A stretch of 64,000 bases of DNA from Lama guanicoe (Eukaryota). A program made the position numbers and the translations under genes. Location: NCBI GenBank assembly GCA_013239625.1, contig MU055922.1:3442439-3506438 (forward strand), in the 5' to 3' direction. Below the pieces are notes generated by a model. The model was not told the DNA's origin. It ran no database searches and saw nothing but the letters and a program-made list of their open reading frames with translations. This document shows, piece by piece, positions 11,610-23,190 of the stretch (position 1 is its first letter; each line of letters begins with the position of its first letter).

Positions 11610-12003
11610 TGTGGGAGACTGGATAACGTCCCCTTCCCTGCCCTAAACATGTCCACATCCTAATCTCCAGAATCTGTGAATATGTTACCTTATGTGGCAA
11701 AAGGGACTTAGCAGGTAAGAGTAAATTAAAAATCTTGAGATGGGGAGATTATCCAGGATTATCTGGTGGGTCCAATCACAAGGGTCTTGTAAGAGGGAGG
11801 CAAACAGGCTCTAGAACTGGAAAGAGAAGGAGCAGATTCTCCCCAGAGCCTCCAGAGGGAACAAAACCCTGCCAACACTTTAGTTTTAGCCCATGGAACC
11901 CACCTAGGGAGGTCTGACCTCTAGAATTGTAAGAAATACATTTGTGTTGTTTTAGGGCACTTGGTTCGTGGTGATTTGTTATAGCAGCAATAGGAAACTG
12001 TAT
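11610..12003 (+). mobile_element. ERVL-MaLR solo LTR (MLT1D-like)
   Basis: gtccacatcctaatctccagaatctgtgaatatgttacctta...gattctccccagagcctccagaggg...atttgttatagcagcaataggaaact. Confidence 0.8.
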
Positions 12004-12496
12004 GTCTTCCATTTCCCAAAACAGAGAAAGAAGCCAAATAATGAAATTAATATTTGACACCCTCTCGGCATCTCCCAGCACCTTCACTTCTCAGATTTCT
12101 TTCCTCCTTCCCTCCTTTGCTCTTCCCTTACTTCTTCACTTAGCAAATGTGGGGCACCCATGTGCCCCTCCCAGGGCCCCCAGTAGCCCCAGGTAGCTCT
12201 CACTGGCACTGGGGGTCCATGGCAGTGTATTTGTTCCTCTGAATTGCTGTTCATATCTTGTTCCAAAACTGCCAACTGTATTTTGACCTCCTACATTTAC
12301 ATTAAAAAAGTAAGTATGGTGACGATGTCTTTCATTCTTAAAGTCATTTTATCCTAAGTGCAAATTAGCAAATACAATGCAAAACACTTGAAAAAAAAAA
12401 ACCAAAAAACAGAGTAATAAGGTAAAAAAATCACTCCTCAAGAAGGCCACTGTTAACATTTTAGTATATGTCTTTTCAGTGCTTTTGCTATGACTA

Positions 12497-12520
12497 CACA
12501 CACACACACACACACACACA
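12497..12520. repeat. (CA)n microsatellite
   Basis: Directly visible. Confidence 0.95.
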
Positions 12521-13312
12521 TTTTGGGGGTTCATTTTACCAAAACAGGAATTCATGTTCTAATCTTTTTTGTAATTTATTTTTCACTTAGCAATTTCCTA
12601 ATATCAACCTGCATTTTTTATGGCGTAGCTTTAATAGTCCTTAAATTTCTAAATAAACAGATTTGATAACAATCAAGATCTTCAGGGACAAGTGAAGACT
12701 GCGCCACTAGGCCGGGAGACATTGGGGTGGGGAGTGTCATGTGCTTTCTCCCTGCGAACCAGCTCTACCTCTGAGCAATCGTCTATCCTTGAATCTCAAG
12801 CTGTCTTTTTGAAAGTGGCTTGTGTTTACCTAGTTTATTACGGATCCCTTTAATTACATCTTTGGCTTTTAATACTTGCTTTATTATATATATCTTAAGG
12901 CCCTTCTGAAGAATTTGACCCATTTACAAATGGGACAAGTCATCCTCAAAAATTAGAAGACAAATTATTAAGTTAGCAAGAGAGTCTTTTTCATTAATTC
13001 TGTTGTGTTCAATATACTGTAATTGTATTTTATCATGTTCAATAAGTAGTTTCCTCTGGGCTGTTTTAAAAAAAGATTCAATAGGGTGCATAATAATAAG
13101 ACACATGGCGTGTGCACGTGTCTGTGAAATCTGATTTGAGCCACTTTCTGGGCTTAGGTAAAATCCATTCCCCAGTTTGGGGGCAAGGTTAGCCCATATA
13201 CAAACGGGCAGTAGAGTTCTGTCAAAGAACATGGGTTCTTACAAAGAACATGGGTTTAGGAGTCAGACAAACATTTCAAACGGGGCTCTGTCACTTCCTA
13301 CCTATGAGACTT

Positions 13313-13498
13313 AAAAAAATTTTTTTTCTTCCAGTTTAATTGAGATATAATTGACATATAGGACTGTGTACTTTTGGGGGGAGGGAGTGAGATGTAATAA
13401 GGTTGTATTTATTTATCTAAATGAAGATACTGGGAACTGAACCCAGGACCCCATGCTTGCTAAGCATGCATTCTACCACTGACCTAAACCATCCCCCT
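13313..13498 (-). mobile_element. tRNA-derived SINE (vic-1-like) with an L1-like 3' tail, inserted in a MIR
   Basis: SINE body ~13370-13498; TSD CTACCTATGAGA at 13298-13309 and 13499-13510; MIR sequence on both flanks (~13250-13620). Confidence 0.8.
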
Positions 13499-13675
13499 CT
13501 ACCTATGAGAGACTTTGGGCAAATTATTAACCTCTCTAAGCCTCAGATTTCTCTTGTGGAAAATGGGGATTATAACAATATCTGCCTTGCAGAGCTGTTG
13601 AGAGGGTTCAATGAAATCAGCAGTGGTGGAACCAAGAGGTGACTTGTCACTTCTTGGGACTTTACAGCATCATCA

Positions 13676-13676
<1 letters not shown>

Positions 13677-13712
<36 letters not shown>
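13677..13712. repeat. (CA)n microsatellite
   Basis: Directly visible. Confidence 0.95.
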
Positions 13713-13715
<3 letters not shown>

Positions 13716-14798
13716 GCCATCCCAAATAAACCGGTAATTTAAGAAAATACCGTGGGTCTGCCATGTAACCTCAGTTCAAACCTCCTAGCCCTGCTGTCCA
13801 AACAGGTTACATGCTAAAACCAGCCCCGTGTAGAAATTCTGGAGCCACTTCTGAAGAGTATGCGTGTATATCACTTAGCACCGGGTCTGGTACATCATAA
13901 GTAAATGTTAGCAATCGTTATGACTATTATTATCACTCCCTAGTTTGCGGAGGGAGATTGTGGTTTTTCCTTCCCTGAGCGCTGGCAAATTCATAGAGGA
14001 TGGTAAAGGTCATACCTGCCCTCCTATAATGGTCCAAATTCACTGTTTTGTCAAGAAGTTCACTAAATTTCAATCATGTATTTTAACTTTTAGCGCTCAC
14101 TAATATCCATTCATTCATATGTTTCTAACTTGCCTTATTCTAAAAAGGATTTAAAACTGCTAACCTTTGATGTATTTTTTTATACATGGTCACTTGGCTC
14201 TCTCACTTATCTTTCTTCAATTTTTCTTCTCTTTTTTTACTTTTTATATTTCTGATTATCCAAGTAAATATTTCATTGTCAAAAACTGCCAAACTTTAAG
14301 TAGAAATCATGTCATAGATACAATTTTGTGTCTTGCTATTTTCAATACATGTCATTACACACTTTTAAGCAGCATTTCTAGTGACCATCAAGTGGACAGT
14401 CCATAAATTTTTAATCACTTCCTAGTGCTGGATATATAAATTGACGAAAATTCCTGTTGGTTTATTTTAATCAGTGAGTAGATATGGGTGGAGGTGTTGG
14501 TAGCAACCAAGGAGAGGAAAGAAAACATGACCAGTGTGCAGATATTTCCTGTGGTAGGTTCTGGGAAATGTAGACAGCCAGAGCCAGGTCAGTGGAAGCC
14601 AACCAGAGCGAGCGTTTCCTGGAGTGTTCCAGAACACAGACATGCGTAGCAGGACTTTGAGAAGACTGGGATAATGATGAAGAGTATAATATCTAACTTC
14701 TACATCACACTTTTCTTTCTGACTCTGTCTTGTTTCAAAAAGAATTTAGGGGACCTCCACAACAAAAAGACAAACAACACAATTTAAAAATGAGCCAA

Positions 14799-14911
14799 GG
14801 GGGGAGGGTATGGCTCAGTGGTAGAGCACATGCTTAGCATGCACAAAGTCCTGGGTTCAATTCCCAGTACTCCCATTAAAAAATTACCCACCCTGCCAAA
14901 AACAAACAAAA
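14799..14911 (+). mobile_element. tRNA-derived SINE (vic-1-like), inserted in an L1
   Basis: ggggagggtatggctcagtggtagagc...ggttcaattccc; TSD TAAAAATGAGC(C/A)AAGG at ~14785 and ~14912. Confidence 0.85.
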
Positions 14912-15397
14912 TAAAAATGAGCAAAGGACTTGAGGAGACATTTCTCCAAAGAAGATATACAAATGGCCAATAAGCCGTTTGTTTTTATAGAGAGAAATTT
15001 CTCAAAAAAAAGTATTTAAAGTTTGGCAATATTCTACAATGAAAATGTTTACATGAAAAGATGCTTGACATTGCTAATTATTATGGAACAGCAAATCAAA
15101 ACCACAGAGACAACACTTCACACTCATTAGGATGGCTACTCGAGAAACAAAACCACACATACAGAAAATAACAGGCGCTGACAAAGACGTGAATAAATTG
15201 AAATCCTTGTGCACTGTTACTGGGAATGTAAAATGGTGCAGCCGCTATAGAAAACAGTCTGGGAGTTCCTGAAAAAATTAAAAACAGAATTGCCATATGC
15301 TCCAGCAATTCCGAGTATATACCCCAAAGGATTGAAAACAAGGTTTCAAAGAGAAATTGGTACAGCCACGTTCATAGCAGCATTATTCACAGTTGTC

Positions 15398-15667
15398 NNN
15401 NNNNNNNNNNNNNNNNNNNNNNNNNNNNNNNNNNNNNNNNNNNNNNNNNNNNNNNNNNNNNNNNNNNNNNNNNNNNNNNNNNNNNNNNNNNNNNNNNNNN
15501 NNNNNNNNNNNNNNNNNNNNNNNNNNNNNNNNNNNNNNNNNNNNNNNNNNNNNNNNNNNNNNNNNNNNNNNNNNNNNNNNNNNNNNNNNNNNNNNNNNNN
15601 NNNNNNNNNNNNNNNNNNNNNNNNNNNNNNNNNNNNNNNNNNNNNNNNNNNNNNNNNNNNNNNNNNN
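15398..15667. other. Assembly gap (others at 853-873, 16637-16895, 37119-37250 and 59909-60048)
   Basis: Runs of N. Confidence 1.
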
Positions 15668-18600
15668 GGGGAGAAGAGGGAGGTGTTTAATGGGTACAGA
15701 GTTTCAGTTTTGCAAATGAAAAGTTTTGGAGGTTGGATGAGCAACAGTGTGAACATACTTAACACTAACGAATAGTATGTTTTAAAATGGTTAAGATGGT
15801 AAATTTATGTCGTGTGTATTTTACCACAATTAAAAAATCTAATGTATATATATATGCATGACTGGGACATTATGCTGTATACCATAAATTGACACATGGT
15901 ATTCCAATTTAAAAAAGAAAGAGAGATAACCTGAAAAAAAATCTAAATCTAAATCTCAGTTGATCCTTCAAATGACCTAGTGAGGGAGCAGGTTTGGTGT
16001 TACTCCCACTTGAGAGTAAAAGATATTCCCTTGCAGGGGGGTTATGGAACTCGAATAGCTTTGAGGAGATAGGGGTGGCTCGGGTCTACCCTGGCATCCT
16101 TAGCAGTAGGGTGTGATTTGATCCTTTCCGATGTTCATCTTCACAGGATCCGGGGTCTTGTGGCCTGTGCCCTGTTCTCTGCATTGGCATTTCCTGTTTC
16201 AGCACAAGAGGCTGTGCAGGACCCCAGTAAGCTCCCTCATCACTCACTCTCCTAACTTTGGAGACTCACTCAGAGATCCGAGGTTCTCGTGGATGCCCTC
16301 TCAGGACTCAACACAAAATTCAAGAGTTGCAAAATTAGCCTTCTCCAGCAAAGTGGACAGAATCTAAATGTTACAGCTTAATAAGCTCTGACAGGCTCAT
16401 ACACCTGGATAACCCTCGCTTCTATCAGGATATAAAATATTTCTATCACCCAGGAAAGTTTCCTTTCCTAGTCAATACTCCCCATCCCAAGGCAACTACT
16501 GTTCTGACTTTTTTTTTAACTCCACGGAAATTTTTAATTTTTTTTTGGAGGGGGAGGTGGGGGGGATAGAGGAGATGTTTTTTTGCTGAGTATTCTTCCT
16601 GAGTTATTGTGGTGTTGTTTATACCAGGATCTGTGGNNNNNNNNNNNNNNNNNNNNNNNNNNNNNNNNNNNNNNNNNNNNNNNNNNNNNNNNNNNNNNNN
16701 NNNNNNNNNNNNNNNNNNNNNNNNNNNNNNNNNNNNNNNNNNNNNNNNNNNNNNNNNNNNNNNNNNNNNNNNNNNNNNNNNNNNNNNNNNNNNNNNNNNN
16801 NNNNNNNNNNNNNNNNNNNNNNNNNNNNNNNNNNNNNNNNNNNNNNNNNNNNNNNNNNNNNNNNNNNNNNNNNNNNNNNNNNNNNNNNNNNNNNNTCCTT
16901 GCATTTTAGCTATACTTCCCTTTCCCTGCGGCAGCGGAGGCCAAGGTCTAGGTTGGTTTGAGAGATGGTGATGGAGGGTGACATATTAAAGAAAGGGAGA
17001 ACCACCCCTCCCACACATACATTTTGCATCTCAACCCTCCACTAACTCCACAGTTGGTACTTTTTCCAACCCCCTAATGATGGGACTTCTCCGAGCCTCT
17101 GTCCTCCATCCCCTCTATTTCTGCTTATAAAACTCTGACCTCTCATTTGTGGTTTGATTAATACGTTCATGGAATAGATAATAAGAGATGATACCAGATA
17201 CTGAGATGATAACTAGTCTCCTTCCCTCCAAGAGTTTACAGTTTAGTGGGGAAAACCAACACACTAGCAGCTAATTTATATCCACCCTAAATCTAATCCT
17301 CCTGTGTTCTCTTTCTTAGGGACTGAAACTAACAACCACCCACTTCTAACCCCAGAACCCTCCCTCTTTGTTCTTCAACCCTCCAATACCCTGAACAATT
17401 CATTCACCAAGTCCCTGGATTCTGCCTCTCAAGTGTTTCTCAAATGTGTCCCTCCTCTCCATCCTAGTTGCTGTGAGCCTATTTCAGGACACCCTTATCC
17501 CTCCTCTGAACCGTGACCTTCCAGCTGATCTTTCAGCCACCTCAGCACCTGTCTCAAATGCCAGGATTATCCTGGCAATTCCCTCAGCTGCCACGATCTA
17601 CAGTAGAGAGTCCACAGTTCAACCTCACAATCAAGGGCCCCGATAAACTGGCCCTGCCCATTTCCAGCCTTAGTTTCTGCTGCCACAATCTCTTTCTTTC
17701 TGTTCCAGCAATGCCCCCTGCCATGGCTCTTCCCCTACAGGCTTCCATGCTGTCTCCCAGCTGCCTCTAGTCATTGTTTAAATGACTCCCCCGCACACCT
17801 CCTGGCTCCAAATAAACTGGTAGCTTGTCTTTGTGTTTCTATGGCAACCCATGCCCTTCTCTCTTTGTGTATAATGGCCTGTCTCTCCCACCAGTCTGAG
17901 AGTTCCTGAAGGCAAGGACCACGCCTGTTCATGTGTGTCCTCACTACCTAGCACATAGTAAAGAGTACAGTATGTGTCAAGCACTGTCCTAAGCACTTCT
18001 CACACATCAATTCATTTAATCCTCAGGCCACTATGTGGAAGGTGTTTTTATTGTGTCCATTTCATGGTTGAGGACTGTAGAGATTAAGCAGCTTGCTCAG
18101 GACACGATAGTCAGGGAGGGAAGTAGCAGAATTGGGATTTGAACTCAGGTAACCTGACTGCAGCTATTGCAAGAGCTGATCTCATCTGCTCCTCAATTTC
18201 CATGTGTGTGTTGAATGAATAAAAGATGATTCGTTTTTACTTCCCCATTTCAATATGTCCAGAACCAAAACAAATAGTTTTCTCCCAATAGCTTCTCTTT
18301 TCCCCACATCTGCCCCGCACTGCCCCTGCAGGGTCTCAGAGAAGCCTGGAGTCTTCGACTTTCACGTCTCTCCTTCCTAACCCCATTCGATCTCTCATCA
18401 TGTCTAGGTGTTTTGTTTTGTTTTGTTTTTCCTTGGAAACATCTATCAGATTCTCTCCATTGACAACTGCTGTCATCCTGGTCTGGTCTTCATCCCTTCA
18501 GGCCAGATGACCACAGCATCCTCCAGACTGGTTTCCCTGATTTCACTGCCTCACTCTGTCGGGCCCTTGGAGTTTCCATGCATTTTTATTCAACCTTCAC

Positions 18601-19479
18601 AGCAATCCATGAACGAAATATGACTATTCATGTTTTATAGATGAGGAACTGAACAACAGAATTCAGGTTCAAACAGGGTTTGACGGGCTCCACGGACTGT
18701 TTCATCGCTAAGAAGACTAGTGACTTTAAGCAAGCCACTTAGACTCCAAGAGTCTCAGATTTCTCATTTGTCAAATGGGAATAACAACAGTAATTACCTC
18801 ATTGTGAGAACAAACGAGACGACACTTAGCACAATGCCTGGCACACGGTGAGTGCTCAACGGTAATCAGCAATTAAAGTTCCCCTCCCCCCCACATATGT
18901 AGCATACGAGTTCAATAACTGTTGTAACCAAAACGTTTTCTGGAAGACCTCTTAAACCATAGAGCAGAAGTTGCCATACCCGGCCCCTTCTCTGTCCCCG
19001 AAAGGTGTCTCTTCCTGGGAAGCACCATATGCTGTAAGAAAAAATTACCTTAACGGTCACTTGAAGAATGCACAGCAAAAGAAAAACACACCCCAGTCTA
19101 GAAGACAGTGCACAGAATTTGTGAGCACACAAAATCTTGAAACCTCTCTGACCTTTTCTTATCTACAAAATGGGAATAGTAACATCTTCCCACCCAAGAA
19201 TATTGAGACAGTGCACATACAGCCTTCGGCGCATTGCTGGATACAGTTAAGAGCTGCAGAAAGGAGTTGTGCAACATCATTATAGTCAGACAATGTATAC
19301 CAGCAGGCTTTGTAAGTCGTGGACGAAATGGATTTCTAAATCAACATGTTATCAAAATCAAGAATTAAAAGTAGAGGAAAGGTGAAAGGATTATGCAAAG
19401 CAGGTATTACTGCGTATCTTGGAAACCTGATGGCCTTTCCAGCAAGGGAACTAGAAGATCCTACCCCTGAATCTTGAGG

Positions 19480-19990
19480 GGCGAGTCGAGCCGCTGATGG
19501 CGTTCGTGATTGGCCGAGGCTGAGAGACCCAGGGGGCGTGGCCAGGCGGCCGGACGCGCCGGGAGGAGCTGCAGGAGGGGGCAGCCGCGGGGGCCGGCGC
19601 TGGAGTCAGGGATTCGGGCTGCAGTTCCCACCTAGCGCTGGATCCGCGGCCGGCCGGCGCACCCCGGCCTGCGCGCGCCGCTGCTCCGGGTCCCCCAGGC
19701 CGAGGCGCCGGCAGCTGCGCGAGGCAGGTGGGGTGGGCAGAGGGAGGTTCGCCGGGCGCGGGCGCCCTGTGCGCGGAGCAGGCGTGAGGCGGCCGGGGGC
19801 CGGGACGCCATGTCCATGGAGGACCCCTTCTTTGTGGTGAAAGGGTGAGTGTCGCCGAGGGCTCCGCTGGAGGAGGAGGTGGCCGTGCTGCATGCCCGCA
19901 CCTCCCCGCTCTCCTCGCTGTAGGGGGAGGGGAGACAAGTAGAGGCTGGTGAGGGGACCGGGGGGACTGGGCTTAGCCTTGAGGGCCATG
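19480..19990 (+). promoter_or_regulatory. CpG island: STX6 promoter and 5'UTR
   Basis: Very GC- and CpG-rich stretch around the STX6 ATG, with an inverted CCAAT box (GATTGG, ~19508) and GC-box-like GGGGCGTGGC (~19533). Confidence 0.88.
19810..19844 (+). CDS. STX6: STX6 coding exon 1 (MSMEDPFFVVKG)
   Basis: gccATGTCCATGGAGGACCCCTTCTTTGTGGTGAAAGG|gtgagt, the syntaxin-6 N-terminus; 35 nt. Confidence 0.97.
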
Positions 19991-22039
19991 ATCAAGCATC
20001 CAGGGACATCTCTTCACTGTCCTACCTGTACTTTGAAATCCTTGTCCCCAATCAGGCTCCTGGGGAGGGGGTCCCCTTGGGTCTGTGCCCTGCCCTACAA
20101 CTTATTTGTGGGAGTGGTGGGGTTCAGCAGCTCTGCAGGTGGGGAGGGAGACATGCGTCCCAGCCCAAACTGGGGCTGTTGTGGAGCACGGGGCCCTGCT
20201 TCGAAGGGGGAAAAACAGCATCTGGGCAGGAAAAGGGAAATGGCTCTCCTGAGCTTTGTAGTTGGCGTGGACGGGGGTGAGTTCCCATTGTCCATTGAGT
20301 TTGGAGCGCCGGCCCGCAGACTGGTGAGGCCACAACATGCCCAGAGGCGTCTGAGCACGTTTGCAGGCAGGGAGGCGGGGGCGCGAGGCTCCGGAAGACA
20401 TCTCAATTCAGTGGGGGAGTTTTTACTGAGTAATGGGAGGGAGGAAAGCAGCCGTTCAGGCTCAGTGATGATGTTGGAAGGAAAACAAAATGAAATCAGC
20501 CAAACTAAACTTTCCTTAGCCTCCTGTTAGTACCGGGATTTTCCCACAGTGCTAAAGGAAATGAGTGGTTTCTTTTTAACTCCCTGATTTCATCCAGGCT
20601 CTTTGACAGGTTTCCCCCATTTCTTCTGCCTTTCAGACTACAGCTGCCTTGACTTATTTTTCCCTGTGAGCTGTCGTGACTCCATCTTTGATTGCTCAGT
20701 TGTTTGGAGATGGAAACTTTAATAGCACTGTGTTATATAGGTTTTGTAGCCTTTAAACAAAGGCGGTTTGTTGTTATAACTTGTCAGCTTTTGTTTAAAA
20801 TATCAAATAAATATAAAAAACCTGAGAACTGCAAAATTCCCGGAAGATCAGTGCTTCTAACTTTGAAAGTGTCCATTTGCTTTCAACTAGTTGCTACTAG
20901 CTTCTTATTTCTCTAGGGGTAAGAGCTGACCCGTTGCTTGAGTGATTTTTTTTTTCTTTCCAGGGCCCGCCTCAGAAAATTTAAATGGTACTTTAGGTGA
21001 AATACTTTATTATCTATGATACAGTAAAATATATATATATATTTTAACATTTCCCTAAAAAGGTTTTTCTTCAGTTTGCCTTAATTTAGATGGGAAAATG
21101 CTGTTCAGATTATTCGTAATGTGTGGCTCTCTACTTGGAAAATGTGCTGTTTATTAGAACGATTTTTAGGCGTTAATTTTTAAATGCGAAAGCCGTGTGT
21201 TTTTTCCCTGAATGAATGTCCTTAATGCTTAGGTTGCAAAGGTTATCTCTGTCAGTGGAGACTGTAGACAAGAGTTTTTTTTTTTAATGGGATTTGTGAA
21301 AATGCTAAATTCCTCTGCCATCTTGACATTTTTTTCTAATAGTATCCAATACAGTTTACCTGTGCTTTTTCACTGGTTTGATACCACTGGTTTATTGGAG
21401 CATTGGCCTGGAGTTAACTTTTACATCATTTAGCTCATGTCCTTAAGATGTCTGCAGGAAAAGAGACTCTCCAAACCTTCTGTGTTGGAAAAGTAAAATT
21501 AGCTATATGATTGTCTCCCAGACTGTGTGATGGATATGCGGAGCCATGTACTTCTGTTTACTAAAAGGTTTAAAAATGCACCACACAATATGGAAAAATT
21601 AAAGATGCCTACATTGTGGCCCTTGGCCTAGGAGCTGATAGTCTAATCTAAGAAACAGCTCACCCCAAAATTAAAAATGACAAGTGGTAAATGATGAAGT
21701 TTTGCAGTGAGTGCTACAGAAGATTGAGTCCCCCGATATTTTGGAGAAAGGCATCTCACTGGGAATGGTTCTCACTGGCAAAGCTTTTTGGAGGCAGCAG
21801 CAGGTCTTGAATTAGGTTTTGAAGATGGGTGGAACTTAGATTCAGGCCTGTACCTTCTCTGGACTCTTATCAGAAAGAGTCTCTTAGTTGGTCTTCCTGC
21901 TTCCAGTCTTTGTTCTCTTTCGTCTGCCTGGGTTTCTTGGATGGTGCTCTTCAAGATGCAGTGCGAGCCCTGCCTGCCATTGTACACTTCCTAATAGACA
22001 TGGTCAAAGGAAAAAAAACAGGTGAGGTTAATGTCATCT

Positions 22040-22397
22040 TTAACCTAGTATAGTCACAGTCCTTTAACACGTGATTCATATGAAGACTATTAATGAAAGG
22101 TTTTACCCTTTTCATACTAAGTCTTCAAAATCTGGTGTCTTTTACGCTTAAAGCACATCTCAATTTGGACGCTAAATCATCAGTAACACTTCATCCGTAT
22201 TTAGAGTTCGTTAAACTTACAGTTGAAAAAGTGGATTCACAGACCCAAATTGTTCCAAACATACTTTAAAAATTTTCGGTAACTAAATTGCATATCAGTT
22301 TTTAAATTTAAATTAATTAAAATTTAAAATTTAGTTCCATAGTCACACTAGCACAGTTCAGCAGTTGCATGTGGCCTACGTATTGGGCAGCACAGGT
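22040..22397. mobile_element. hAT-Charlie non-autonomous element (MER3/MER33-like)
   Basis: aagcacatctcaatt.....tttagttcc..agtcacactagc...tattgggcagcacag; a related copy lies at 40111-40597. Confidence 0.65.
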
Positions 22398-22949
22398 GTA
22401 GCTCTTCCAGAACCCAAGTAGGCGGTCCCTACTTAACATCATTTAGAGGCCACCCTCTACAGAATAAAGTCTAAACACCTCATGACTCCATGATGCAGCT
22501 GTCCTCTCCCCTCCTCTCACTCCGCCTGCCCTTAGCTCAGAGCTCCAGCAATGGGAGACTCAGCATAGTGACTGTGACCGCAGTGCTGGGTGCTGTTACT
22601 CCACATGCACCCACTCAGCTACCAAGATTCAGTGTCAGCGTCTCCACTGCCTCCGGGAAGTTCTTCTGTTGGCACCTGTAACACATTATTGCACCTCTTC
22701 CTCTGGCTGTCCTTCAGGATTAGACTAGGAGCTCTGAGGGTTGGGAACGGTTTGTTTTTCCTGTATTTCCAGCTCAGCGCCCTGAATATATAGTGTAAGT
22801 GTTGAATACGTTTTCTTTGGTGGTTGTGATGGTGGTTAAGGAGTGGTAGATGGGAACACCACCAGCAAAGACATTGAGATGGGCATTGTGTGTTTAGAAA
22901 TCATCAAGGGGAGCATCCTAGGTGGAGTAGGAAGTTTATTTAGAGAAAT

Positions 22950-23190
22950 AACAATAATAGCTAACATTTAAAGGACGCACCTCTTGTGCAAGGCGTTGTG
23001 TGCTGAGTAAGCAGTTTATAAGAATTTTCACTTTTTAAGAACAACTCTATGAAGTGGATATTAGCCCCATTTTACAGATGAGGAGCTCAGGGAGCACAGA
23101 GGGGTTGTTACTTCCCCAGGGTCACACAGCTAATAAGTGGTGGACCCAGGATTCAAATTTCAGCTGCCTAATTCTACTCATACTGTTAAC
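22950..23190 (-). mobile_element. MIR SINE (representative copy)
   Basis: ccccattttacagatgagg..cccagggtcacacagcta. Other MIRs at ~11440, 13250, 17985, 18700, 24270, 34830, 40630, 43990 and 53800. Confidence 0.75.

Larger units (their letters stand above)
14755..15835 (+). mobile_element. Old L1 (L1M) ORF2 end and 3'UTR, containing a SINE and an N gap
   Basis: gacatttctccaaagaagatatacaaatggccaataagc, gggaatgtaaaatggtgcagccgcta, and the terminal aaaatggttaagatggtaaatttatg. Confidence 0.85.

Noticed and set aside
15290-16971. ORFs containing long X runs (also at ~37044-37317 and ~59787-60159)
   Set aside because: Artefacts of N gaps.
19538-20530. Several GC-rich ORFs (100-193 aa) around the STX6 start
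   Set aside because: Expected stop-codon depletion in a CpG island, with no recognisable protein similarity.
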